Made by a program: the position numbers and the translations under genes. From Capsulimonadales bacterium (GTDB lineage: Bacteria; Armatimonadota; Armatimonadia; Armatimonadales; Armatimonadaceae), in assembly GCA_033762295.1 (NCBI GenBank), contig JANRLW010000009.1:33614-97613 (forward strand): a stretch of 64,000 bases of DNA, written 5' to 3'. Numbering within the stretch: position 1 is the first letter of the stretch; each line of letters opens with the position of its first letter. The notes under the pieces are model-generated. The model saw only the letters and a list, made by a program, of their open reading frames with translations, did not search any database and had not been told where the DNA came from. This document shows, piece after piece, positions 29,481 through 39,211 of this stretch.

Positions 29481-29897
29481 TCATTGCACCCAGTGCCGTA
29501 TCTGTCCGCCATCGCGCCGTACCAGCAAGAGACCGAGCGCGCGCGGATAGAGACGTTTCACGGCCTCGCACGCCTCGGCGAGCGGATGACGGTGTACCTG
29601 GACCGGTTCCCGGACCCACCGTCCACCGATCGATCGCACCTGCGCCATACCCGCCGCCCAGCGTTCCGCGGTTTCAGCCTCCGGAAACGCAAGTACCCAG
29701 AAAGACGGTGAATTATTCGAAGGCAGGTCCTCCGATCCTTCCCGGTAGAACGCATGGGACACCCGCTGCGGAAAATAAATCAGGAAAAGCTCGTCCGGGT
29801 AGCTGTCGCCGAGCAACCCGCGCACGACCTCGTCGGCCTCCGGACGGAGACCGGGCGGTTCGACGGGGGGAGGCAATACTTCCGGGACAACGGCCAT
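29481..29897 (-). CDS. hypothetical protein
   Basis: GAAGGAAG RBS; fills the gap co-directionally with its neighbours. Confidence 0.55.
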   Translation of the reverse strand: MAVVPEVLPPPVEPPGLRPEADEVVRGLLGDSYPDELFLIYFPQRVSHAFYREGSEDLPSNNSPSFWVLAFPEAETAERWAAGMAQVRSIGGRWVREPVQVHRHPLAEACEAVKRLYPRALGLLLVRRDGGQIRHWVQ

Positions 29898-29971
29898 TCC
29901 GGCAACTTCCTTCTCGGAGCGCTCGTCAGAAAAAGCCCTCGATTACGCCTGTTATACCTCGTAATGCCTCG

Positions 29972-30442
29972 TTATTGCCCGTCATCCTCCCGGAACCGAC
30001 CGGTCAGCGGCAATGTTCCGGCATGGCACTCGGTTTCGACCACGGGCCAGGCCAGCAGCGGCATTCCGTCGAACCGGGCGCTGTCGCCGGAACCGGACGC
30101 CTCCGAAAAACCGAACGTCGCCGCATAGGTCTTCCAGCCACCGGGAGGCACCTCCTCGACAACGAACTCCAGTTCCATTGTCCAGCGAACCCGCCCCGCT
30201 CCCTGCGCCGGTTCATCCGTCACCTCGCTCACGGTCAGACGGGAGGGCACGACCGGGCCTTCCGGACTCCGCACCGTCACCGGCTGCGGGCAGACCTCGC
30301 GGCGCATCGGGAACGACGCGGCGAACCGCACCCGACCGGACCCCGCCTGATCCGTCCGGTTAAAGACGACCAGAGCACGGGTCGGCGCGCCCCCGGTCAG
30401 CGACGAGGTATCGATCCGCTCCGCCCACTCTTGAAGGTTCAT
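29972..30442 (-). CDS. hypothetical protein
   Basis: ATGA overlap with the upstream peptidase gene; EVPPGGWKTY resembles beta-sandwich accessory domains. Confidence 0.6.
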   Translation of the reverse strand: MNLQEWAERIDTSSLTGGAPTRALVVFNRTDQAGSGRVRFAASFPMRREVCPQPVTVRSPEGPVVPSRLTVSEVTDEPAQGAGRVRWTMELEFVVEEVPPGGWKTYAATFGFSEASGSGDSARFDGMPLLAWPVVETECHAGTLPLTGRFREDDGQ

Positions 30443-32334
30443 CGGGTTCCCGTCATGCTCCGGTAGATTGCGGCAGCGACCGGAGTCGGATTTTTTGTCG
30501 GCGTCAGACGGTACACCACCGTCTCCGACCGTCCGAGCGTGATGCTCATTCGGATCGTTCGATTCTGCCGTCGCACGGTCACCGGAAGCGAATCCCCCGG
30601 TTCCCGCGTTCCGAGGACCGACCCCGTCACGTCGGCGATCGGTTTTCCGTCCACGTGCGTGATCACATCGTCCGGGCGCAGACCGGCCTTCGCCGCCGGT
30701 CCCCCGGCGGTCACGTCGCGGACCTTGATTCCTTCCTCGGTGAGCGTCAGTGTTCGCGTTTCGATCCCGATCTCGGGCAGTCCGATCGTCGTTTTTTCCG
30801 GCTGCAGCCCCGAACCGGCCAGAATCCCGTCGTAATCCAGTTCTTCGGTCGAGCGGATCGTCCGATCAAAAAACGATTTGAAATCCGTTCCGGTCAATGC
30901 GGTCGCCTGCCGTTCGATCTCTCCGTCGGCATACCCCTTCCCGCTCTTCTCCGTCCCCTCCAGAAGCGCCCGAACCAGGTCGTCCAGGCCGACCCGATTC
31001 TCCGTTCGCTTCCGCATTTCGGCGTCCAGCAGCAAACCGACCAGCAACCCCTTCTCGTAGTAGGAGAGGCCGCCGAAACCCTCGGATCGGCCCTCCCAGG
31101 CTTTCAGCGAGGCCGTCTCCAGGGTCACGGTCTTTCGCGCCGGGTTCGCCTGCACACCGGTCATGATTTCGGAAATATAGGCCCGCCAGTACTCGGCATT
31201 GACCAGACCGGCCTCGACCAGGAGGCGAGGAGCGTAGTAATCCGTGACGCCTTCCAGCCACCAGAGATCACGCACCCGCACCTCCTTGGAATAGTCGAAC
31301 GGCCCGAGGGCGGCGGGCCGAATGCGCTTGACGTTCCAGGCGTGAACGTACTCATGGGCGATAAGGGATAACGCCGAAAGATCCGGCGGGTCCAGTGTCG
31401 CCCTCGGCAGCGAAACGACGGTGCCGTTCAGATGCTCCAGTCCCTCCATCGTCGCCGAACGATCCTGGAATCGCACATGGAACAGATACCGCGGAAAGGG
31501 GGCTTTCCCGAAAACGCGCAGCCCCGCCTCCGCGATCTTCCAGCAGGCGTTGACGAAACGGCCCGTCTCCTTTCCCTCCGCGCCTACCAGGATCACGGAG
31601 ACGGGAACGCCGCCAATCGTCCGTTCCGTTCGCTCGAACTTGCCCAGTTCGCCGGGATGGTCCGCCAGCACATCGTAATTCGGCGCGGTGAACGTGGTCG
31701 GGTCGCCCTCGACCGGATCGTTGGCGGAGGCGATCGCCCATCCGGCAGGCACCCGATAGGTCACCCGACAGGGCGCGGCGGTCCCGCCCACGACATACAT
31801 CAGAGAAGCCGGACCGGGGACGAACCCGTTGGTTTCATCGAGGTACGGAGCGAAAAAGCCGAACTTGCGCGGGTCGAGGCTCCCCTGCCCGACCGCGTCC
31901 GGGTCACGATCCACCGCCAGCAGATCGTAGGTCAGCGACACCTGCTTCGCCCCGCCGGTCTCGACTTCCCATGTCCGTCGCTCCGGATGCGAAACGGCCA
32001 GAGGTTTGTTCGCCCCGTCCGTCGCCGTCACGCCGGATATGTTTTGGTCCGCATTGGTGATGACATACCATCCGGGAGACCAGGCAGGCAGTGCGAAGGC
32101 GACCTTCGCATCGGTGACACCCGCCGCCGTCACCGTCACCCGGAACCGTTTGCCCGGAATATCGGCCACGGCAACCGAGTAGCGAACCTGTTCGGGCGGC
32201 GCGGCGAGAATCGGCAGAGCGAGGAGCAGGACAAAAACGACACCGAACAGCCGCAGAGCGATCGTCTCCGTCGGAAGGCGGTCAGAAAACGTGTCTTTCG
32301 TTGAAGCGAGTGGCAACGCCGGGTTCCTTTTCAT
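30439..32334 (-). CDS. M61 family metallopeptidase with PDZ domain
   Basis: LPAWSPGWY, GLEHLNG, HEYVHAWNVKRIRP, WWLEGVTDYY, SYYEKG, GPAAKAGLRPDDVI; start uncertain. Confidence 0.9.
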   Translation of the reverse strand: MKRNPALPLASTKDTFSDRLPTETIALRLFGVVFVLLLALPILAAPPEQVRYSVAVADIPGKRFRVTVTAAGVTDAKVAFALPAWSPGWYVITNADQNISGVTATDGANKPLAVSHPERRTWEVETGGAKQVSLTYDLLAVDRDPDAVGQGSLDPRKFGFFAPYLDETNGFVPGPASLMYVVGGTAAPCRVTYRVPAGWAIASANDPVEGDPTTFTAPNYDVLADHPGELGKFERTERTIGGVPVSVILVGAEGKETGRFVNACWKIAEAGLRVFGKAPFPRYLFHVRFQDRSATMEGLEHLNGTVVSLPRATLDPPDLSALSLIAHEYVHAWNVKRIRPAALGPFDYSKEVRVRDLWWLEGVTDYYAPRLLVEAGLVNAEYWRAYISEIMTGVQANPARKTVTLETASLKAWEGRSEGFGGLSYYEKGLLVGLLLDAEMRKRTENRVGLDDLVRALLEGTEKSGKGYADGEIERQATALTGTDFKSFFDRTIRSTEELDYDGILAGSGLQPEKTTIGLPEIGIETRTLTLTEEGIKVRDVTAGGPAAKAGLRPDDVITHVDGKPIADVTGSVLGTREPGDSLPVTVRRQNRTIRMSITLGRSETVVYRLTPTKNPTPVAAAIYRSMTGTR

Positions 32335-32544
32335 TGGCTATTAGGCTATACGCCGCTCCGCCGTGCGAAGTGCCGGGAAAGAACGCGGAAAAAGGAAGGG
32401 CCTCCGTTACGGGGAACGGAGGCCGAATTACCCAAGGGAGAATCAGAGACTTCGAACACACTCACCATACACCGGTCCCCGACCCCTCGCCTCGGTAGTT
32501 CTAACGGCTTTCCATATAATCACGCACAAATACCGATAAAGATT

Positions 32545-33174
32545 CTATCCTTCCGCTTTATCGGCAAGCTGTTCCCCGGCCTCCGAGATCGTCAGGTTCT
32601 CCTGCCCGCCGAGCGCGGGAATCGGACGCAACGAAACCAGCGGTTGCTCCGGGTCGGTCAGCAGTTCGAATCCGCGGGGGAGCGGCAGGTCCCCCACACG
32701 CAGGACGTCGCCCATCGCCATCCCGGAGATATCCAGCGGCAGAGAGGCGACCATTCTTTCCGGCAACGCCCGGACATCGACCGAAGTCAGTCCGGACTCC
32801 GACAGGCCGACACGGGTACGGATCGCCTCCGGTTCACCGACCATCTCCACCGCCACCGTCGCCTTCTGCGCTTCTCCCGTTCGCACCTCGTTCAGCCCGA
32901 TGTGCAGGGGCGCACTGCCCGCCAACCCGTGCTGAATCTGATCGATCCGTACCACATGGCGCTCCCCTTCGATATCGAGGTCGATCAGCGTGTTCATTCC
33001 GGTCGACGAGGAGAGCACGCGACCGAGTTCCGCGGAGTTCAGGACGACGGAGATCGGCTCGATATCCTTCCCGTGCACCGAGGCAAGGACACGATCCGAC
33101 GCTCGCAGCTGCTTCCGCTGCCCCTTGGTCAGGTCGGTCGCCCGTCGTTCGGCCCGCATGGCGATATGTTTCAA
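32545..33174 (-). CDS. rplY: 50S ribosomal protein L25/Ctc
   Basis: RKQLRASDRVLASVHG, NTLIDL, VEMVGE, DVLRVGDL; AAGGAG RBS before TTG. Confidence 0.82.
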   Translation of the reverse strand: MKHIAMRAERRATDLTKGQRKQLRASDRVLASVHGKDIEPISVVLNSAELGRVLSSSTGMNTLIDLDIEGERHVVRIDQIQHGLAGSAPLHIGLNEVRTGEAQKATVAVEMVGEPEAIRTRVGLSESGLTSVDVRALPERMVASLPLDISGMAMGDVLRVGDLPLPRGFELLTDPEQPLVSLRPIPALGGQENLTISEAGEQLADKAEG

Positions 33175-33313
33175 GACGTGGTTCTCCTTAAATCGTGATG
33201 ACAGCAGGACGGAGCCCGGAGAATTTCCGTTCCCTTCGCCCCGACGAAGAGGGGAACGAACGCCCCTGACCGAATAAAAAAGGGGACTATCGCCGAAAAC
33301 GCATTGCCCCTTC

Positions 33314-33356
33314 GAAACCCTGGAACCCTGAGAACCCTGAAAATCCTGAAAACCCT
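33314..33356. repeat. degenerate 8-9 bp tandem repeat (AACCCTG core, ~5 copies)
   Basis: gaaaccctg gaaccctg agaaccctg aaaatcctg aaaaccct. Confidence 0.75.
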
Positions 33357-33378
33357 TTGAAGGTACCCCTGGCACGCC

Positions 33379-34221
33379 ATGAAGATCCGGAAAGCCGTCA
33401 TTACCGCCGCGTCTCCCGCGCAACGCGACCTCCCGCTCCAGACACTCGTCGACCGGGACGGCGAACGCAAGGCGGTTCTCTGTCTCCAGGTCGCCGAAAT
33501 GCTCAAAGCGGGCGTCGAACAGGTGGCGGTCGTCGTCGGTCCCGGTGACGATATCGCGTACCGCTCCGCCGTTCGTATGTACGCCGATCGCGTCCGCTTC
33601 CTGATCCAGGACGAACCCCGCGGTTACGGACACGCCCTTTTCCAGGCCGCCGCGTTTCTGGAAGGCGAACCGTTTCTGCACCAGGTGGGGGACCACCTCT
33701 TCGTCACGGCGAACGGGGAAGGCGCGGCGGAACAGATCGTCCGCGTCGCCGAGGAGAACGGCTGCGCCGTTTCCGGCGTTCAGGCCACCCGCGAAACGCT
33801 CCTGACGTCGTTCGGGACGGTCGGCGGTCAGCGGGTACCGGGCGTCGCCGACCGCTACACCGTGGAACGGGTCGCCGAGAAACCGACACCGACCGAGGCC
33901 GAACAATCACTCATCATTCCGGGCCTGCGCGTCGGCCATTACCTCTGTTTCATGGGGACGCATGTCCTGACGTCGAACGTGATGGACCTTCTGGGCGAAG
34001 CGGTCGGCAACCCGGTGAACGAACGGGTCGGACTGTCTCCGGTCCTCGACCGGGTCGCGCGTCATGAGAAATACCTGGCCGTGCAGGTCACCGGGCGGCG
34101 TTTCCACCTCGACAATCGGTGGGGCCTGCTGAACGCCCAGCTTGCCCTCGCCCTTTCCGGAGAGGACCGCGATACCGTTCTCACCGAACTGGTCAGCCTT
34201 CTCGCGACCGCCCGAACCTGA
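33379..34221 (+). CDS. GalU-like sugar-phosphate nucleotidyltransferase
   Basis: IRKAVITAA, QDEPRGYGHA, VGDH, VAEKPT. Confidence 0.8.
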   Translation: MKIRKAVITAASPAQRDLPLQTLVDRDGERKAVLCLQVAEMLKAGVEQVAVVVGPGDDIAYRSAVRMYADRVRFLIQDEPRGYGHALFQAAAFLEGEPFLHQVGDHLFVTANGEGAAEQIVRVAEENGCAVSGVQATRETLLTSFGTVGGQRVPGVADRYTVERVAEKPTPTEAEQSLIIPGLRVGHYLCFMGTHVLTSNVMDLLGEAVGNPVNERVGLSPVLDRVARHEKYLAVQVTGRRFHLDNRWGLLNAQLALALSGEDRDTVLTELVSLLATART

Positions 34222-34299
34222 ACCGGGGAACCCTTCCGCGCCCTCTTCCGACTTATTTCCGTCAATGCACGGAGAAAGGGAGAGGAGAGAAGAGGAAGG

Positions 34300-34494
34300 A
34301 TGGCACAGAAAAGCGGAAACAACGTCAAACCGCCGGTATCCGATCACGGAACCGATCCGGAAAAGGACGGCAAGCGATCGATTCGCGAGAGCCTGACGGA
34401 CCAGCATCACGGAGAGAACACGGAATCACTGCAGGACGATAGAAAAATCGGTCAGCATCAGGGGGCGGGTCGACCGCCTCTCATGAAAAAATAG
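34300..34494 (+). CDS. small hydrophilic hypothetical protein
   Basis: purine-rich RBS (GAGGAAGG); terminator directly after the stop. Confidence 0.5.
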   Translation: MAQKSGNNVKPPVSDHGTDPEKDGKRSIRESLTDQHHGENTESLQDDRKIGQHQGAGRPPLMKK

Positions 34495-34527
34495 AAAACA
34501 CCCCGCCGATCCCGGCGGGGTGTTTTT
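34495..34527. terminator. bidirectional intrinsic terminator
   Basis: AAAACACCCCGCCG-ATCC-CGGCGGGGTGTTTT. Confidence 0.85.
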
Positions 34528-36425
34528 CATTCCGGGGTCAGCGTCCGGCCCTCCGGCGTCACGACCAGCGTATACCGTTTCCCGGCGCGACGGATGCCCG
34601 TGACGGTCAGTTTTTTCCAGGAGGGCGGCAGCGCGACCGGCCCGTCGATCACTCCTGCAGGCGAATTCAGGTCCAGACCGCCGAATCCGTAGAGAACGCT
34701 CTGCAAAAGCCCGCCCGCGCCGGTGGTGAAGACGCACCGGTCGAGACTACGCTTCTCCGAGAAAAGGACGAACGGTCCGCGAACGAACGGTTTGTAGGCA
34801 TCCCGAAAGTCCTTCTCCGCCTCCTCCGCCCGACCGAGACGCGCGGCAATCAGGGCATGGATGCTGTCCGTCATCGCCGGCCCGCTGGCGATCGGACGCG
34901 CCTTGTGGAAATCGAAGGTCGCTTCCGCCGTCTTCCGATCCATTTTCAGCGAGGCCGGCCAGAGCAGCAGTTCGCCGTCCGCCTGCTTGGTCTTTTCGCC
35001 TTTATCGCCCTCCCGCGCAAGATACCGTCCGTTCGCCGTATCGAACGGCAGGGTCAGGTTGTCGGCGACGGTCTTCCACTGCGGATTGGCCGGCTTGCCG
35101 ATGATTTTGGCGGCTTCGGTCGCATACCGCAGGACATTTTGCGCCATCGCGTTGGTGTAGGTGTTGTTATCGCACTCGCCTTTGTTTTCGTCGGGTCCGT
35201 ATACCTTGAGAATTTCGAACTTGCCGCCCGCGTTCTTTCGGGCGCGGGTCGCGAAGTAATCGGCGATGTTGGACAGAAGCGGCCATCCCCGCTCGGCAAG
35301 CCACTTTTTATCGCCGGTCGCGGCATAGTACTGCCAGGCCGCCCAGCCGATCCCCGCCGAGACATGGCGTCCGAGGGAGAATCCGGACGGCGCGGTCTCC
35401 TTGCCGCTGGCCGCCGACTCCCAGGGAAAGTCCGCGCCCCGGCACCCCTGCTTCTTCGCCTGCGCCTGCGCCTGAGGCAGATGCTTGAAGCGGTATTCGA
35501 GCATGGATTTCGCCAGTTCCGGATGCTGCGGCAACAGCGCGGGCAGCATCCAGACCTCGGCATCCCAGAAGATATGGCCCTTGTAAAAGCTACCGGACAG
35601 CGACTCCGGCGGGATCGACGTATCGGTGTCCGGTCGCGCCGACTGCAGAAGATCGAACATCAGCCGGTGAACGAGTTGCTGCGCCTCCGGGTCACCTTCG
35701 ATGATAATGTCGGATTTCCACTTTTCCGCCCAGGCCCGTTCCTGTCGGCCAAGCCACTCCGCATACGTTCCGGGCGTCGGGTAACTTCGGATCGGTGGCC
35801 GGGGCGTGGCCGAAATGACGGTCGTCCAGCTTCCCGCGTCGCCCGCCGCAAACTGACGGCTCACGGTGATCCCCCCTGCCGCGCCCGCGACGGCGCTTCG
35901 ATTCTCCGGCAGCGGGATACCCTCGGCATGGACGATCGCCGTATACGGATTGACCGCCGAAACGAAACTTGTCACGGTCGCCTCACCCATCTTCGTCGTG
36001 AGGACGCCCCGTTTCATGTCCATGGTCTGCTCATATTTTTCGCCCGGTTTCGGTTCCGGCAAACCGATTTCGTGCCCGTTCGGCAGTTTCAGCAGGTTTT
36101 CGCCGGGGTCGTAGACGCCCGCGACAAACGTCACGGAATTTTTGTCCGCGCCGCCGTTCGCACCGACCGTCATTCCGAGGTGGCCGTTGCCGAGGAAGAT
36201 GCCGTGGTTGCCCCGCGCGGCGGCGGGATCGGTCGTCTTCAGAATCCAGGGGTCGGTGTCGGCGAACGCTCCGGCGCTCCGATCCTTTGTCTCGACCGGG
36301 AGTGCGCCGCCCGGTCCGGCGGACGGTGGCGGCGTCTCGGTCGGACCGGAACAGCCCGAACAGCCGACAACGAACAGAGACAGGCCGACGGGAAGGCTAC
36401 GAAAAAGGAATGGTTTCCTAATCAT
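34527..36425 (-). CDS. glycoside hydrolase family 65 lipoprotein
   Basis: lipobox VVGC; GNGHLG, YKGHIFWDAE, FPWES, GPDE, KQAD, FTTGAGGLLQ. Confidence 0.88.
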   Translation of the reverse strand: MIRKPFLFRSLPVGLSLFVVGCSGCSGPTETPPPSAGPGGALPVETKDRSAGAFADTDPWILKTTDPAAARGNHGIFLGNGHLGMTVGANGGADKNSVTFVAGVYDPGENLLKLPNGHEIGLPEPKPGEKYEQTMDMKRGVLTTKMGEATVTSFVSAVNPYTAIVHAEGIPLPENRSAVAGAAGGITVSRQFAAGDAGSWTTVISATPRPPIRSYPTPGTYAEWLGRQERAWAEKWKSDIIIEGDPEAQQLVHRLMFDLLQSARPDTDTSIPPESLSGSFYKGHIFWDAEVWMLPALLPQHPELAKSMLEYRFKHLPQAQAQAKKQGCRGADFPWESAASGKETAPSGFSLGRHVSAGIGWAAWQYYAATGDKKWLAERGWPLLSNIADYFATRARKNAGGKFEILKVYGPDENKGECDNNTYTNAMAQNVLRYATEAAKIIGKPANPQWKTVADNLTLPFDTANGRYLAREGDKGEKTKQADGELLLWPASLKMDRKTAEATFDFHKARPIASGPAMTDSIHALIAARLGRAEEAEKDFRDAYKPFVRGPFVLFSEKRSLDRCVFTTGAGGLLQSVLYGFGGLDLNSPAGVIDGPVALPPSWKKLTVTGIRRAGKRYTLVVTPEGRTLTPE

Positions 36426-37212
36426 CTTTTTGCGCGGTAAAGAGGAGTCGGTCGGATTTCGGACCGGGCGGATAGTCGCCATAGTTGCCGTAAACCGACA
36501 CCTTACTATACCCCGCGCCCGTCAGCATGTCGAAAATATCGCGCGGCGAATACGCCCGCTGCACATGCGTTTCGTGAAAATGCCGCCGATCCCCGGTCAC
36601 CTCATCCGTCACCCAGAAATCCATCTCAACCCGACAGAGTTGTGTCCTCTCATCCCAGAACGAAACCCAGTTATGCTGCACCGGCCCGAAATGCTGTGAC
36701 TGGGTGAACAGGTTCTGCCGGAGGGCATACGGCGCATTCAGATCGAACGCGATCATCCCGCCCCGGTTCGTATGGCGGTAAAAACGGTGAAACGCCTCCT
36801 GCAACGCGTCCGGTTCCAGAATGTAATTGAGCGAGTCGAAGAGGCTCACCAGCAGGTCGAATCGTTCGGGCAGGTCCAAGGTGACCGCATCGCTGACGGT
36901 ATACCGCAGGGCCGACGGGTTTCCGCGTGCGGCGGCTTTGGTCCGGGCGATGGCGATCATGGCGGGCGACAGGTCGAACCCGACCACCGGACGGTATCCG
37001 CGCTGAAAAAGACGTTCGGTGACGATGCCGGTGCCGCAGGCGATATCGAGCGCGGACTCCGCACGGCGTTCGCGCAGGCGAACCTCCTTCTCGATTCGGG
37101 AGAGCCAGTGCCCGTGCGGAACGTGTTCCATCAGGGCATCGTAGATCGCCGCCACGTCACCGTACTGGTTCGCTGTCGGTACGTCGGAGACCGGTAATTC
37201 GTTGGGGGTCAT
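36418..37212 (-). CDS. class I SAM-dependent methyltransferase
   Basis: LDIACGTG, GFDLSPAM, FDSLNY, HVQRAY. Confidence 0.9.
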   Translation of the reverse strand: MTPNELPVSDVPTANQYGDVAAIYDALMEHVPHGHWLSRIEKEVRLRERRAESALDIACGTGIVTERLFQRGYRPVVGFDLSPAMIAIARTKAAARGNPSALRYTVSDAVTLDLPERFDLLVSLFDSLNYILEPDALQEAFHRFYRHTNRGGMIAFDLNAPYALRQNLFTQSQHFGPVQHNWVSFWDERTQLCRVEMDFWVTDEVTGDRRHFHETHVQRAYSPRDIFDMLTGAGYSKVSVYGNYGDYPPGPKSDRLLFTAQKDD

Positions 37213-37327
37213 CCCCATATTATATCAGACGGACGCCCGGCGGATCGCCTTTCCAAATGCCTGCTCTGCGGCTATAATGACACGCGACTGAATCGCACCA
37301 GCGTATCGCGAAGGGAAAAAAATCAGC

Positions 37328-39142
37328 GTGGGACGACAGAGTTGGCAGAGGACGACGGATTGCGGAGCCTTACGGCTCACCGATGCGGGTACGGAAGTGA
37401 CGGTGAACGGATGGGCGAATAGCGTTCGCGACCACGGTGGCGTCACCTTTATCGACCTGCGCGACCGCACCGGCATCGTTCAGGTCGTCGTCGACCCGTC
37501 CCGGAACGCCACCTCCGAGGCCGCGCACCTCGAAGCCCAGAAGGTTCGCTCCGAATTCTGCCTCGCCATCCGTGGCAACGTCGTCCGGCGGATCGAAGGC
37601 GCGGAAAACCCGAACCTGCCGACCGGCGATATCGAGATCGAAGCGGCGGAACTGATCGTCCTGAACCCGGCCCGACCGCTGCCCTTCCCGCTCGACCAGG
37701 AAAACCTGACCGTCAACGAGGAGACACGCCTGAAGTACCGGTATCTCGACCTGCGCCGCCCGGCGATGTATCGCAAGATGCACCTGCGCCACGAAATCGT
37801 ACGCCGCGTCCGCCAGTATATGTACGACCAGGGGTTCCTCGAGATTGAGACGCCGATGATGACCAAGTCGTCGCCGGAAGGGGCCCGCGACTACCTCGTT
37901 CCCTACCGACTGGAACCGGGGCTTTTCTACGCCCTCCCGCAGGCGCCGCAGCAGTACAAGCAGCTCCTGATGGTCGGCGGGATGGAGCGGTACTTCCAGA
38001 TCGCCAAGTGCTTCCGTGACGAGGCGCAGCGAGCGGACCGACAGCCCGAATTCACCCAGATCGACCTCGAAATGTCCTTCGCCACTCAGGACGATGTCCT
38101 CGGTGTGGTCGAAGGATTGATGCTCGACGTGGTCAGCGCTTTTTCCGAGGTCACCGGAAAGCGGGTCGCGCAGGCTCCGTTCCCCCGCCTGACCTACGAT
38201 GAGGCGATGTCGCGTTTCGGTTCCGACAAGCCCGATATCCGCTTCGGTCTCGAACTGACGGAGTGCGACGGCTACCTCGGCGAAACCGGATTCGCCGTCT
38301 TTCAAAACGCCCTCCGGTCAGGGGGCACGGTCAAGGCGATCCGCTATCCCGGCGGTGCCTCCCTGCCCCGATCCGGCATGGACGAACTTGTAAACCTGTC
38401 CCGCGAGTTCGGCGCGAAGGGCCTGGCCTACTTCCTGATCGATCCGGACGGCGGCGTCACCAGAGGCCCGCTGGCGAAGTTTCTGTCCGATTCCGAGAAG
38501 ACGTCGCTGGTCGCCGCCACCGGGGCCGAGCCGGGCGATCTGGTCGGATTCATCGCCGATACGAAGGAGACGACCAACAAGGTACTGGACCGTTTGCGCC
38601 GCCTGATCGGTCAGCGACTGAACCTGATCGATCGTTCCCGGCTGGCCTACTGCTGGATCACGGACTTCCCGGTGTTCGCCTGGGAGGAGGAGACGAAATC
38701 CTGGACCTTCGAACATAACCCGTTCGCGATGCCGCAGGAAGGGCATATGGACTGGATCGACAGCGATCCGGCCCGCATGCGCGCCTACTGCTACGACCTG
38801 GTCTGTAACGGCTACGAGGCGGCGTCCGGCGCGGTCCGAATTCACGTGCCGGAGATTCAGATCGCAATCTTCAAAAAGATGGGGCTGTCCGACGAGCAGA
38901 TCCGGGCGCGGTTCGGTCATATGCTCGACGCCTTCTCCTTCGGCGCGCCGCCGCACGCCGGCATGGCGCCCGGACTCGACCGTCTGATCATGCTGCTCAC
39001 CGATGACGAAAACATCCGCGAGGTGATCGCCTTCCCGAAAATGGGCGGCGGTTACGACCCGATGATGGAATGTCCGTCACCGGTCGAAACAAAGCAGTTG
39101 ACCGAACTCGGCCTGCAGATCGCCCCGCCGAAGAAGGCGTAA
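37328..39142 (+). CDS. aspS: aspartate--tRNA ligase
   Basis: RDHGGVTFIDLRD, RLKYRYLDLRR, PEGARDY, CFRDE, RQPEFTQ, GAPPHAG, IREVIAFPK. Confidence 0.96.
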   Translation: MGRQSWQRTTDCGALRLTDAGTEVTVNGWANSVRDHGGVTFIDLRDRTGIVQVVVDPSRNATSEAAHLEAQKVRSEFCLAIRGNVVRRIEGAENPNLPTGDIEIEAAELIVLNPARPLPFPLDQENLTVNEETRLKYRYLDLRRPAMYRKMHLRHEIVRRVRQYMYDQGFLEIETPMMTKSSPEGARDYLVPYRLEPGLFYALPQAPQQYKQLLMVGGMERYFQIAKCFRDEAQRADRQPEFTQIDLEMSFATQDDVLGVVEGLMLDVVSAFSEVTGKRVAQAPFPRLTYDEAMSRFGSDKPDIRFGLELTECDGYLGETGFAVFQNALRSGGTVKAIRYPGGASLPRSGMDELVNLSREFGAKGLAYFLIDPDGGVTRGPLAKFLSDSEKTSLVAATGAEPGDLVGFIADTKETTNKVLDRLRRLIGQRLNLIDRSRLAYCWITDFPVFAWEEETKSWTFEHNPFAMPQEGHMDWIDSDPARMRAYCYDLVCNGYEAASGAVRIHVPEIQIAIFKKMGLSDEQIRARFGHMLDAFSFGAPPHAGMAPGLDRLIMLLTDDENIREVIAFPKMGGGYDPMMECPSPVETKQLTELGLQIAPPKKA

Positions 39143-39211
39143 CCCGCCGCGCAGGCAAAATCCGGCGGTGGGAGGATTTACATTCCCACCGCCGAATGGT
39201 TCAATACACCT

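Noticed and set aside
29481..29897. Gene upstream of ruvA as ruvC
   Set aside because: Lacks the RuvC GIDPG/E/D catalytic motifs
33175..33906. N-terminal extension of the 453-aa ORF containing rplY
   Set aside because: Antisense to the nucleotidyltransferase gene; L25 starts after the AAGGAG RBS at 33174
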